A stretch of 64,000 nucleotides of DNA, from the NCBI GenBank assembly GCA_964016885.1, contig OZ024741.1, forward strand, positions 262,880,001 to 262,944,000. Reading direction: 5' to 3'. Numbering within the stretch: the first letter of the stretch is position 1; each line of letters begins with the position of its first letter. The notes beneath the pieces were generated by a model that saw only the letters and a program-made list of their open reading frames with translations, had not been told where the DNA came from and ran no database searches. The DNA comes from Eledone cirrhosa (Eukaryota). Both the position numbers and the translations under genes were made by a program. This document shows, in pieces, positions 40,101 to 54,159 of this stretch.

Positions 40101-41726
40101 GTTTCCGGCTTACGAGTGTTTCGACTTACGAGTGTTTCGACTTACGAGTGTTTTGACTTACGGTGTTTCGACTTACGAGTGATTCGACTTACGAGTGTTT
40201 TGACTTACGGTTGTTTTGACTTACGGGTGTTGTGAATTACGAGTGTTCCGATTTACGAGTGTTTTGACTTACGGTGTTTCGGCTTACGAGTGATTCGACT
40301 TACGAATGTTTTGACTTACGGGTGTTTCGGCTTGCTAGTGTTTCGACTTACGAGTGTTTCGGCTTATGAGTGTTTCGACTTACTACTGTTTTTACTTACG
40401 AGTGTTTCGGCGTACGAGTGTTTTGACTTACGAGTGTTTCGACTTACGAGTGTTTCGAATTACGAGTGTTTCGGCTTACGTGAGATTCGACTTAAGAGTG
40501 TTCTGATTTACGAGTGTTCTGACTTGCGGGTGTTCTGATTTACGAGTGTTCCGACTTACGAGTGTTTCGGCTTATGAGTGTTTCGACTTACGAGTGTTTC
40601 GGCTTACGAGTGTTTCGACTTATGGGTGTTTCGACATACGAGTGTTTTGACTTACGGGTGTTTCGACTTACGAGTGTTTTGACTTACGAATGTTTTGACT
40701 TACGGGTGTTTCGGCTTACGAGTGTTTCGACTTACGAGTGTTTCGGCTTACGAGTGTTTCGACTTACTAATGTTCTTACTTACGAGTGTTTCGGCGTACG
40801 AGAGTTTTGACTTACGAGTGTTTCGACTTACGAGTGTTTCGACTTACGAGTGTTTTGACTTACGAAAGTTTTGACTTACGGGTGTTTCGGCTTACGAGTG
40901 TTTCGACTTACGAGTCTTTCGGCTTACGAGTGTTTCGACTTACTAATGTTTTTACTTACGAGTGTTTCGGCGTACGAGTGTTTCGACTTACGAGTGTTTC
41001 GACTTACGGGTGTTTTGACTTACGGGTGTTTCGGCTTACGAGTGTTTTGACTTACGAGTGTTTTGACTTAAGGGTGTTTCGACTTACGAGTATTTTTGGC
41101 TTACGAGTGTTTCGACTTACGAGTGTGTTGACTTACGAGTGTTCTGATTTACGGATGTTTCGACATACGAGTGTTTCGACTTACGAGTGTTTCGACTTAT
41201 GAGTGTTTCGACTTACGAGTGCTTCGGCTTACGAGTGTTTCGACTTACGAGTATTTCGTCTTAAGAGTGTTTCGACGTACGAATGTTTTGGCTTACGAGT
41301 GTTTCGGCTTATGAGTGTTTCGGCTTACGAGTGTTTCGACTTACGAGTGTTTCGGCTTACGAGTGTTTCAGTGTTTCGGCTTACGTGTGTTTCGACTTAC
41401 GAGTGTTATGACTTACGGGTGTTTTCACATACGAGTGTTTCGACTTACGAGTGTTTTGACTTACGGGTGTTTTGACATACGAGTGTTTCGATACGAGTGT
41501 TCTGACTTACGAGTGTTCTGACTTACGAGTGTTCTGACTTACGAGTGTTTCGACATACGAGGGTTTTGACTTACGGGTGTTTCGACTTACGAGTGTTTTC
41601 ACTTACGAATGTTTTGACTTACGGGTGTTTCGGCTTACGAGTGTTTCGACTTACTAATATTTTTACTTACGAGTGTTTCGGCGTACGAGAGTTTTGACTT
41701 ACGAGTGTTTCGACTTACGAGTGTTT

Positions 41727-44700
41727 CGACTTACGAGTATTTTTACTTACGAATGTTTTGACTTACGGGTGTTTCGGCTTACGAGTGTTTCGACTTACGA
41801 GTCTTTCGGCTTACGAGTGTTTCGACTTACTAATGTTTTTACTTACGAGTGTTTCGGCGTACGAGTGTTTCGACTTCCGAGTGTTTCGACTTACGGGTGT
41901 TTTGACTTACGGGTGTTTCGGCTTACGAGTGTTTTGACTTACGAGTGTTTTGACTTAAGGGTGTTTCGACTGACGAGTATTTTTGGCTTACGAGTGTTTC
42001 GACTTACGAGTGTTTTGACTTACGAGTGTTCTGATTTACGGATGTTTCGACATACGAGTGTTTCGACTTACGAGTGTTTCGACTTATGAGTGTTTCGACT
42101 TACGAGTGTTTCGGATTACGAGTGTTTCGACTTACGAGTGTTTCGACTTACGAGTGTTTTGACTTACGGTGTTTCGGTTTACGAGTGTTTCGACATACGA
42201 GTGTTTTGACGTACGGGTGTTTCGACTTACGGGTCTTTCGACTTAAGAGTGTTTCGACTTACGAGCGCTTCGACTTACGAGTGTTTCGACTTACGAGTGT
42301 TTCGGCGTATGAGTGTTTTGACTTACGAGTGTTTCGACTTACGATTGTTTCGACTTACGAGTGTTTCGAATTACGAGTGTTTCGACTTACGAGTGTTTTG
42401 ACTTACGAGTGTTTTGACTTACGGTGTTTCTGCTTACGAGTGTTTCGACTTACGAGTGTTATGACTTACGGGTGTTTTCACATACGAGTGTTTCGACTTA
42501 CGAGTGTTTTGACTTACGGGTGTTTTGACATACGAGTGTTTCGATACGAGTGTTCTGACTTACGAGTGTTCTGACTTACGAGTGTTCTGACTTACGAGTG
42601 TTTCGACATACGAGGGTTTTGACTTACGGGTGTTTCGACTTACGAGTGTTTTCACTTACGAATGTTTTGACTTACGGGTGTTTCGGCTTACGAGTGTTTC
42701 GACTTACTTATTTTTACTTACGAGTGTTTCGGCGTACGAGAGTTTTGACTTACGAGTGTTTCGACTTACGAGTGTTTCGACTTACGAGTATTTTGACTTA
42801 CGAATGTTTTGACTTACGGGTGTTTCGGCTTACGAGTGTTTCGACTTACGAGTGTTTCGGCTTACGAGTGTTTCCGGCTTATGAGTGTTTCGACTTACGA
42901 GTGTTTCGACTTACGAGTGTTTTGACTTACGGTGTTTCGACTTACGAGTGATTCGACTTACGAGTGTTTTGACTTACGGGTGTTTTGACTTACGGGTGTT
43001 GTGAATTACGAGTGTTCCGATTTACGAGTGTTTTGACTTTCTGTGTTTCGGCTTACGAGTGATTCGACTTACGAATGTTTTGACTTACGGGTGTTTCGGC
43101 TTGCTAGTGTTTCGACTTACGAGTGTTTCGGCTTATGAGTGTTTCGACTTACTACTGTTTTTACTTACGAGTGTTTCGGCGTACGAGTGTTTTGACTTAC
43201 GAGTGTTTCGACTTACGAGTGTTTCGAATTACGAGTGTTTCGGCTTACGTGAGTTTCGACTTAAGAGTGTTCTGATTTACGAGTGTTCTGACTTGCGGGT
43301 GTTCTGATTTACGAGTGTTCCGACTTACGAGTGTTTCGGCTTATGAGTGTTTCGACTTACGAGTGTTTCGGCTTACGAGTGTTTCGACTTATGGGTGTTT
43401 CGACATACGAATGTTTTGACTTACGGGTGTTTCGACTTACGAGTGTTTTGACTTACGAATGTTTTGACTTACGGGTGTTTCGGCTTACGAGTGTTTCGAC
43501 TTACGAGTGTTTCGGCTTACGAGTGTTTCGACTTACTAATGTTCTTACTTACGAATGTTTCGGCGTACGAGAGTTTTGACTTACGAGTGTTTCGACTTAC
43601 GAGTGTTTCGACTTACGAGTGTTTTGACTTACGAAAGTTTTGACTTACGGGTGTTTCGGCTTACGAGTGTTTCGACTTACGAGTCTTTCGGCTTACGAGT
43701 GTTTCGGCGTACGAGTGTTTCGACTTACGAGTGTTTCGACTTACGGGTGTTTTGACTTACGGGTGTTTCGGCTTACGAGTGTTTCGGCTTATGATTGTTT
43801 CGACTTACGAGTGTTTTGACTTACGGTGTTTCAGCTTACGAGTGTTTCGACTTACGAGTGTTTTGACTTACGGGTGTTTTGACATACGAGTGTTTCGATA
43901 CGTGTGTTCTGACTTACGAGTGTTTTGACTTACGAGTGTTCTGACTTACGAGTGTTCCGACTTACGAGTGTTCCGACTTACGAGTGTTTCGGCTTACGGG
44001 TGTTTCCTGCTTAAGAGTGTTTCGACTTACGAGTGTTTTGACTTACGGTGTTTCGGCTTACGAGTGATTCGACTTACGAGTGTTTTGACTTACGGGTGTT
44101 TTGACTTACGGGTGTTGTGAATTACGAGTGTTCCGATTTACGAGTGTTTCGACTTACGAGTCTTTCGGCTTACGAGTGTTTCGGCGTACGAGTGTTTCGA
44201 CTTACGAGTGTTTCGACTTACCGGTGTTTTGACTTACGGGTGTTTCGGCTTACGAGTGTTTCGGCTTATGATTGTTTCGAATTACGAGTGTTTTGACTTA
44301 CGGTGTTTCAGCTAACGAGTGTTTCGACTTACGAGTGTTTTGACTTACGGGTGTTTTGACATACGAGTGTTTCGATACGTGTGTTCTGACTTACGAGTGT
44401 TCTGACTTACGAGTGTTTTGACTTACGAGTGTTCTGACTTACGAGTGTTCCGACTTACGAGTGTTCCGACTTACGAGTGTTTCGGCTTACGAGTGTTTCC
44501 GGCTTACGAGTGTTTCGACTTACGAGTGTTTTGACTTACGGTGTTTCGGCTTACGAGTGTTTCGACTTACTAATGTTTTTACTTACGAGTGTTTCGGCGT
44601 ACGAGAGTTTTGACTTACGAGTGTTTCGACTTACGAGTGTTTTGACTTACGAATGTTTTGACTTACGGGTGTTTCGGCTCATGAGTGTTTCGACTTACGA

Positions 44701-47700
44701 GTCTTTCGGCTTACGAGTGTTTCGACTTACTAATGTTTTTACTTACGAGTGTTTCGGCGTACGAGTGTTTCGACTTACGAGTGTTTCGACTTACGGGTGT
44801 TTTGACTTACGGGTGTTTCGGCTTACGAGTGTTTTGACTTACGAGTGTTTTGACTTAAGGGTGTTTCGACTTACGAGTATTTTTGGCTTACGAGTGTTTC
44901 GACTTACGAGTGTTTTGACTTACGAGTGTTCTGATTTACGGATGTTTCGACATACGAGTGTTTCGACTTTTGAGTGTTTCGACTTATGAGTGTTTCGACT
45001 TACGAGTGTTTCGACTTACGAGTGTTTCGGCTTATGATTGTTTCGACTTACGAGTGTTTTGACTTACGGTGTTTCAGCTTACGAGTGTTTCGACTTACGA
45101 GTGTTTTGACTTACGGGTGTTTTGACATACGAGTGTTTCGATACGAGTGTTCTGACTTACGAGTGTTCTGACTTACGAGTGTTTTGACTTACGAGTGTTC
45201 TGACTTACGAGTGTTCCGACTTACGAGTGTTCCGACTTACGAGTATTTTTACTTACGAATGTTTTGACTTACGGGTGTTTCGGCTTACGAGTGTTTCGAC
45301 TTACGAGTCTTTCGGCTTACGAGTGTTTCGACTTACTAATGTTTTTACTTACGAGTGTTTCGGCGTACGAGTGTTTCGACTTCCGAGTGTTTCGACTTAC
45401 GGGTGTTTTGACTTACGGGTGTTTCGGCTTACGAGTGTTTTGACTTACGAGTGTTTTGACTTAAGGGTGTTTCGACTGACGAGTATTTTTGGCTTACGAG
45501 TGTTTCGACTTACGAGTGTTTTGACTTACGAGTGTTCTGATTTACGGATGTTTCGACATACGAGTGTTTCGACTTACGAGTGTTTCGACTTATGAGTGTT
45601 TCGACTTACGAGTGTTTCGGATTACGAGTGTTTCGACTTACGAGTGTTTCGACTTACGAGTGTTTTGACTTACGGTGTTTCGGTTTACGAGTGTTTCGAC
45701 ATACGAGTGTTTTGACGTACGGGTGTTTCGACTTACGGGTCTTTCGACTTAAGAGTGTTTCGACTTACGAGCGCTTCGACTTACGAGTGTTTCGACTTAC
45801 GAGTGTTTCGGCGTATGAGTGTTTTGACTTACGAGTGTTTCGACTTACGATTGTTTCGACTTACGAGTGTTTCGAATTACGAGTGTTTCGACTTACGAGT
45901 GTTTTGACTTACGAGTGTTTTGACTTACGGTGTTTCTGCTTACGAGTGTTTCGACTTACGAGTGTTATGACTTACGGGTGTTTTCACATACGAGTGTTTC
46001 GACTTACGAGTGTTTTGACTTACGGGTGTTTTGACATACGAGTGTTTCGATACGAGTGTTCTGACTTACGAGTGTTCTGACTTACGAGTGTTCTGACTTA
46101 CGAGTGTTTCGACATACGAGGGTTTTGACTTACGGGTGTTTCGACTTACGAGTGTTTTCACTTACGAATGTTTTGACTTACGGGTGTTTCGGCTTACGAG
46201 TGTTTCGACTTACTTATTTTTACTTACGAGTGTTTCGGCGTACGAGAGTTTTGACTTACGAGTGTTTCGACTTACGAGTGTTTCGACTTACGAGTATTTT
46301 GACTTACGAATGTTTTGACTTACGGGTGTTTCGGCTTACGAGTGTTTCGACTTACGAGTGTTTCGGCTTACGAGTGTTTCCGGCTTATGAGTGTTTCGAC
46401 TTACGAGTGTTTCGACTTACGAGTGTTTTGACTTACGGTGTTTCGACTTACGAGTGATTCGACTTACGAGTGTTTTGACTTACGGGTGTTTTGACTTACG
46501 GGTGTTGTGAATTACGAGTGTTCCGATTTACGAGTGTTTTGACTTTCTGTGTTTCGGCTTACGAGTGATTCGACTTACGAATGTTTTGACTTACGGGTGT
46601 TTCGGCTTGCTAGTGTTTCGACTTACGAGTGTTTCGGCTTATGAGTGTTTCGACTTACTACTGTTTTTACTTACGAGTGTTTCGGCGTACGAGTGTTTTG
46701 ACTTACGAGTGTTTCGACTTACGAGTGTTTCGAATTACGAGTGTTTCGGCTTACGTGAGTTTCGACTTAAGAGTGTTCTGATTTACGAGTGTTCTGACTT
46801 GCGGGTGTTCTGATTTACGAGTGTTCCGACTTACGAGTGTTTCGGCTTATGAGTGTTTCGACTTACGAGTGTTTCGGCTTACGAGTGTTTCGACTTATGG
46901 GTGTTTCGACATACGAATGTTTTGACTTACGGGTGTTTCGACTTACGAGTGTTTTGACTTACGAATGTTTTGACTTACGGGTGTTTCGGCTTACGAGTGT
47001 TTCGACTTACGAGTGTTTCGGCTTACGAGTGTTTCGACTTACTAATGTTCTTACTTACGAATGTTTCGGCGTACGAGAGTTTTGACTTACGAGTGTTTCG
47101 ACTTACGAGTGTTTCGACTTACGAGTGTTTTGACTTACGAAAGTTTTGACTTACGGGTGTTTCGGCTTACGAGTGTTTCGACTTACGAGTCTTTCGGCTT
47201 ACGAGTGTTTCGGCGTACGAGTGTTTCGACTTACGAGTGTTTCGACTTACGGGTGTTTTGACTTACGGGTGTTTCGGCTTACGAGTGTTTCGGCTTATGA
47301 TTGTTTCGACTTACGAGTGTTTTGACTTACGGTGTTTCAGCTTACGAGTGTTTCGACTTACGAGTGTTTTGACTTACGGGTGTTTTGACATACGAGTGTT
47401 TCGATACGTGTGTTCTGACTTACGAGTGTTTTGACTTACGAGTGTTCTGACTTACGAGTGTTCCGACTTACGAGTGTTCCGACTTACGAGTGTTTCGGCT
47501 TACGGGTGTTTCCTGCTTAAGAGTGTTTCGACTTACGAGTGTTTTGACTTACGGTGTTTCGGCTTACGAGTGATTCGACTTACGAGTGTTTTGACTTACG
47601 GGTGTTTTGACTTACGGGTGTTGTGAATTACGAGTGTTCCGATTTACGAGTGTTTCGACTTACGAGTCTTTCGGCTTACGAGTGTTTCGGCGTACGAGTG

Positions 47701-48750
47701 TTTCGACTTACGAGTGTTTCGACTTACCGGTGTTTTGACTTACGGGTGTTTCGGCTTACGAGTGTTTCGGCTTATGATTGTTTCGAATTACGAGTGTTTT
47801 GACTTACGGTGTTTCAGCTAACGAGTGTTTCGACTTACGAGTGTTTTGACTTACGGGTGTTTTGACATACGAGTGTTTCGATACGTGTGTTCTGACTTAC
47901 GAGTGTTCTGACTTACGAGTGTTTTGACTTACGAGTGTTCTGACTTACGAGTGTTCCGACTTACGAGTGTTCCGACTTACGAGTGTTTCGGCTTACGAGT
48001 GTTTCCGGCTTACGAGTGTTTCGACTTACGAGTGTTTTGACTTACGGTGTTTCGGCTTACGAGTGTTTCGACTTACTAATGTTTTTACTTACGAGTGTTT
48101 CGGCGTACGAGAGTTTTGACTTACGAGTGTTTCGACTTACGAGTGTTTTGACTTACGAATGTTTTGACTTACGGGTGTTTCGGCTCATGAGTGTTTCGAC
48201 TTACGAGTCTTTCGGCTTACGAGTGTTTCGACTTACTAATGTTTTTACTTACGAGTGTTTCGGCGTACGAGTGTTTCGACTTACGAGTGTTTCGACTTAC
48301 GGGTGTTTTGACTTACGGGTGTTTCGGCTTACGAGTGTTTTGACTTACGAGTGTTTTGACTTAAGGGTGTTTCGACTTACGAGTATTTTTGGCTTACGAG
48401 TGTTTCGACTTACGAGTGTTTTGACTTACGAGTGTTCTGATTTACGGATGTTTCGACATACGAGTGTTTCGACTTTTGAGTGTTTCGACTTATGAGTGTT
48501 TCGACTTACGAGTGTTTCGACTTACGAGTGTTTCGGCTTATGATTGTTTCGACTTACGAGTGTTTTGACTTACGGTGTTTCAGCTTACGAGTGTTTCGAC
48601 TTACGAGTGTTTTGACTTACGGGTGTTTTGACATACGAGTGTTTCGATACGAGTGTTCTGACTTACGAGTGTTCTGACTTACGAGTGTTTTGACTTACGA
48701 GTGTTCTGACTTACGAGTGTTCCGACTTACGAGTGTTCCGACTTACGAGT
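41727..48750. repeat. 3,506-bp tandem duplication (41727-45232 / 45233-48738), apparently near-perfect
   Basis: Eight pseudo-ORF pairs are identical at a constant offset of 3506 (42074/45580 through 44974/48480). The junction lies at 45233-45244, inside one monomer. Confidence 0.92.
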
Positions 48751-51700
48751 GTTTCGGCTTACGGGTGTTTCCTGCTTACGAGTGTTTCGACTTACGAGTG
48801 TTTTGACTTACGGTGTTTCGGCTTACGAGTGATTCGACTTACGAGTGTTTTGACTTACGGTTGTTTTGACTTACGGGTGTTGTGAATTACGAGTGTTCCG
48901 ATTTACGAGTGTTTTGACTTACGGAGTTTCGGCTTACGAGTCATTCGACTTACGAATGTTTTGACTTACGGGTGTTTCGGCTTGCGAGTGTTTCGACTTA
49001 CGAGTGTTTCGGCTTATGAGTGTTTCGACTTACTAATGTTTTTACTTACGAGTGTTCTGACTTACGAGTGTTCCGACTTACGAGTGTTCCGACTTACGAG
49101 TGTTTCGGCTTACGAGTGTTTCCGGCTTATGAGTGTTTCGACTTACGAGTGTTTCGACTTACGAGTGTTTTGACTTACGGTGTTTCGACTTACGAGTGAT
49201 TCGACTTACGAGTGTTTTGACTTACGGGTGTTTTGACTTACGGGTGTTGTGAATTACGAGTGTTCCGATTTACGAGTGTTTTGACTTTCTGTGTTTCGGC
49301 TTACGAGTGATTCGACTTACGAATGTTTTGACTTACGGGTGTTTCGGCTTGCTAGTGTTTCGACTTACGAGTGTTTCGGCTTATGAGTGTTTCGACTTAC
49401 TACTGTTTTTACTTACGAGTGTTTCGGCGTACGAGTGTTTTGACTTACGAGTGTTTCGACTTACGAGTGTTTCGAATTACGAGTGTTTCGGCTTACGTGA
49501 GTTTCGACTTAAGAGTGTTCTGATTTACGAGTGTTCTGACTTGCGGGTGTTCTGATTTACGAGTGTTCCGACTTACGAGTGTTTCGGCTTATGAGTGTTT
49601 CGACTTACGAGTGTTTCGGCTTACGAGTGTTTCGACTTATGGGTGTTTCGACATACGAATGTTTTGACTTACGGGTGTTTCGACTTACGAGTGTTTTGAC
49701 TTACGAATGTTTTGACTTACGGGTGTTTCGGCTTACGAGTGTTTCGACTTACGAGTGTTTCGGCTTACGAGTGTTTCGACTTACTAATGTTCTTACTTAC
49801 GAATGTTTCGGCGTACGAGAGTTTTGACTTACGAGTGTTTCGACTTACGAGTGTTTCGACTTACGAGTGTTTTGACTTACGAATGTTTTGACTTACGGGT
49901 GTTTCGGCTTACGAGTGTTTCGACTTACGAGTCTTTCGGCTTACGAGTGTTTCGACTTACGAGTGTTTCGACTTACGGGTGTTTTGACTTACGGGTGTTT
50001 CGGCTTACGAGTGTTTCGGCTTATGATTGTTTCGACTTACGAGTGTTTTGACTTACGGTGTTTCAGCTTACGAGTGTTTCGACTTACGAGTGTTTTGACT
50101 TACGGGTGTTTTGACATACGAGTGTTTCGATACGTGTGTTCTGACTTACGAGTGTTTTGACTTACGAGTGTTCTGACTTACGAGTGTTCCGACTTACGAG
50201 TGTTCCGACTTACGAGTGTTTCGGCTTACGGGTGTTTCCTGCTTAAGAGTGTTTCGACTTACGAGTGTTTTGACTTACGGTGTTTCGGCTTACGAGTGAT
50301 TCGACTTACGAGTGTTTTGACTTACGGGTGTTTTGACTTACGGGTGTTGTGAATTACGAGTGTTCCGATTTACGAGTGTTTCGACTTACGAGTCTTTCGG
50401 CTTACGAGTGTTTCGGCGTACGAGTGTTTCGACTTACGAGTGTTTCGACTTACCGGTGTTTTGACTTACGGGTGTTTCGGCTTACGAGTGTTTCGGCTTA
50501 TGATTGATTCGAATTACGAGTGTTTTGACTTACGGTGTTTCAGCTAACGAGTGTTTCGACTTACGAGTGTTTTGACTTACGGGTGTTTTGACATACGAGT
50601 GTTTCGATACGTGTGTTCTGACTTACGAGTGTTCTGACTTACGAGTGTTTTGACTTACGAGTGTTCTGACTTACGAGTGTTCCGACTTACGAGTGTTCCG
50701 ACTTACGAGTGTTTCGGCTTACGAGTGTTTCCGGCTTACGAGTGTTTCGACTTACGAGTGTTTTGACTTACGGTGTTTCGGCTTACGAGTGTTTCGACTT
50801 ACTAATGTTTTTACTTACGAGTGTTTCGGCGTACGAGAGTTTTGACTTACGAGTGTTTCGACTTACGAGTGTTTTGACTTACGAATGTTTTGACTTACGG
50901 GTGTTTCGGCTCATGAGTGTTTCGACTTACGAGTCTTTCGGCTTACGAGTGTTTCGACTTACTAATGTTTTTACTTACGAGTGTTTCGGCGTACGACTGT
51001 TTCGACTTACGAGTGTTTCGACTTACGGGTGTTTTGACTTACGGGTGTTTCGGCTTACGAGTGTTTCGACTTACGAGTGTTTTGACTTACGAGTGTTCTG
51101 ATTTACGGATATTTCGACATACGAGTGTTTCGACTTACGAGTGTTTCTACTTATGAGTGTTTCGACTTACGAGTGTTCTGACTTACGAGTGTTCCGACTT
51201 ACGAGTGTTCCGACTTACGAGTGTTTCGGCTTACGAGTGTTTCCGGCTTACGAGTGTTTCGACTTACGAGTGTTTTGACTTACGGTGTTTCGGCTTACGA
51301 GTGATTCGACTTACGAGTGTTTTGACTTACGGGTGTTTTGACTTACGGGTGTTGTGAATTACGAGTGTTTCGGCTTATGAGTGTTTCGACTTACTAATGT
51401 TTTTACTTACGAGTGTTCTGACTTACGAGTGTTCTGACTTACGAGTGTTCTGACTTACGAGTGTTCTGACTTACGAGTGTTCTGATTTACGAGTGTTCCG
51501 ACTTACGAGTGTTTCGGCTTACGAGTGTTTCGGCTTACGAGTGTTTCGACTTACGAGTGTTTCGACTTATGAGTGTTTCGACTTACGAGTGTTTCGGCTT
51601 ACGAGTGTTTCGACTTACGAGTGTTTTGACTCACGGTGTTTCGGCTTACGAGTGATTCGACTTACGAGTGTTTTGACTTACGGGTGATTTGACTTACGGG

Positions 51701-54159
51701 TGTTGTGAATTACGAGTGTTCCGATTTACGAGTGTTTTGACTTACGATGTTTCGGCTTACGAGTGATTCGACTTACGAATGTTTTGACTTACGGGTGTTT
51801 CGGCTTGCGAGTGTTTCGACTTACGAGTGTTTCGGCTTATGGGTGTTTCGACTTACTAATGTTTTTACTTACGAGTGTTTCGGCGTACGAGTGTTTTGAC
51901 TTACGAGTGTTTCGACTTACGATTGTTTCGACTTACGAGTGTTTCGGCTTACGTGAGTTTCGACTTAAGAGTGTTCTGATTTACGAGTGTTCTGACTTGC
52001 GGGTGTTCTGATTTACGAGTGTTCCGACTTACGAGTGTTTCGGCTTATTAGTGTTTCGACTTACGAGTGTTTCGGCTTACGAGTGTTTCGACTTATGGGT
52101 GTTTCGACTTACGAGTGTTTTTACTTACGGTGTTTCGGCTTACGAGTGTTTCGACATACGAGTGTTTTGACTTGCGGGTGTTTCGACTTACGAGTGTTTT
52201 GACTTACGAATGTTTTGACTTACGGGTGTTTCGGCTTACGAGTGTTTCGACTTACGAGTGTTTCGGCTTACGAGTGTTTCGACTTACTAATGTTCTTACT
52301 TACGAGTGTTTCGGCGTACGAATGTTTCGACTTACGAGTGTTTCGACTTACGGGTGTTTTGACTTACGGGTGTTTCGGCTTACGAGTGTTTTGACTTACG
52401 AGTGTTTTGACTTAAGGGTGTTTCGACTTACGAGTATTTTTGGCTTACGAGTGTTTCGACTTACGAGTGTTTTGACTTACGAGTGTTCTGATTTACGGAT
52501 GTTTCGACATACGAGTGTTTCGACTTACGAGTGTTTCGACTTATGAGTGTTTCGACTTACGAGTGTTTCGGCTTATGAGTGTTTCGACTTACGAGTGCTT
52601 CGGCTTACGAGTGTTTCGACTTACGAGTATTTCGGCTTAAGAGTGTTTCGACGTACGAATGTTTTGGCTTAAGAGTGTTTCGGCTTATGAGTGTTTCGAA
52701 TTACGAGTGTTTCGACTTACGAGTGTTTTGACTTACGAGTGTTTTGACTTACGGTGTTTCTGCTTACGAGTGTTTCGACTTACGAGTGTTATGGCTTACG
52801 GGTGTTTTCACATACGAGTGTTTCGACTTACGAGTGTTTTGACTTACGGGTGTTTTGACATACGAGTGTTTCGATACGAGTGTTCTGACTTACGAGTGTT
52901 CTGACTTACGAGTGTTCTGACTTACGAGTGTTTCGACTTACGAGTGTTTCGGCTTACGTGAGTTTCGACTTAAGAGTGTTCTGATTTACGAGTGTTCTGA
53001 CTTGCGGGTGTTCTGATTTACGAGTGTTCCGACTTACGAGTGTTTCGGCTTATGAGTGTTTCGACTTACGAGTGTTTCGGCTTACGAGTGTTTCGACTTA
53101 TGGGTGTTTCGACTTAAGAGTGTTTTGACTTACGGGTGTTTCGGCTTACGAGTGTTTCGACTTACGAGTGTTTCGGCTTACGAGTGTTTCGACTTACTAA
53201 TGTTTTTACTTACGAGTGTTTCGGCGTACGAGAGTTTTGACTTTCGAGTGTTTCGACTTACGAGTGTTTTGACTTACGAATGTTTTGACTTACGGGTGTT
53301 TCGGCTTATGAGTGTTTCTACTTACGAGTCTTTCGGCTTACGAGTGTTTCGACTTACTAATGTTTTTACTTACGAGTGTTTCGGCGTACGACTGTTTCGA
53401 CTTACGAGTGTTTCGACTTACGGGTGTTTTGACTTACGGGTGTTTCGGCTTACGAGTGTTTCGACTTACGAGTGTTTTGACTTACGGGTGTTTCGACTTA
53501 CGAGTATTTTTGGCTTACGAGTGTTTCGACTTACGAGTGTTTTGACTTACGAGTGTTCTGATTTACGGATGTTTCGACATACGAGTGTTTCGGCTTACGA
53601 GTGTTTCGACTTACGAGTGTTTTGACTTACGGGTGTTTCGACTTACGAGTATTTTTGGCTTACGAGTGTTTTGACTTACGAGTGTTTCGACTTACGAGTG
53701 TTTCGACTTACGAGTGTTTCGAATTACGAGTGTTTCGACTTACGAGTGTTTTGACTTACGAGTGTTTTGACTTACGGTGTTTCTGCTTACGAGTGTTTCG
53801 ACTTACGAGTGTTATGACTTACGGGTGTTTTCACATACGAGTGTTTCGACTTACGAGTGTTTTGACTTACGGGTGTTTTGACATACGAGTGTTTCGATAC
53901 GAGTGTTCTGACTTACGAGTGTTCTGACTTACGAGTGTTCTGACTTACGAGTGTTTCGACATACGAGGGTTTTGACTTACGGGTGTTTCGACTTACGAGT
54001 GTTTTCACTTACGAATGTTTTGACTTACGGGTGTTTCGGCTTACGACTGTTTCGACTTACGAGTGTTTCGACTTACGAGTGTTTCGACTTACTAATATTT
54101 TTACTTACGAGTGTTTCGGCGTACGAGAGTTTTGACTTACGAATGTTTCGACTTACGAG

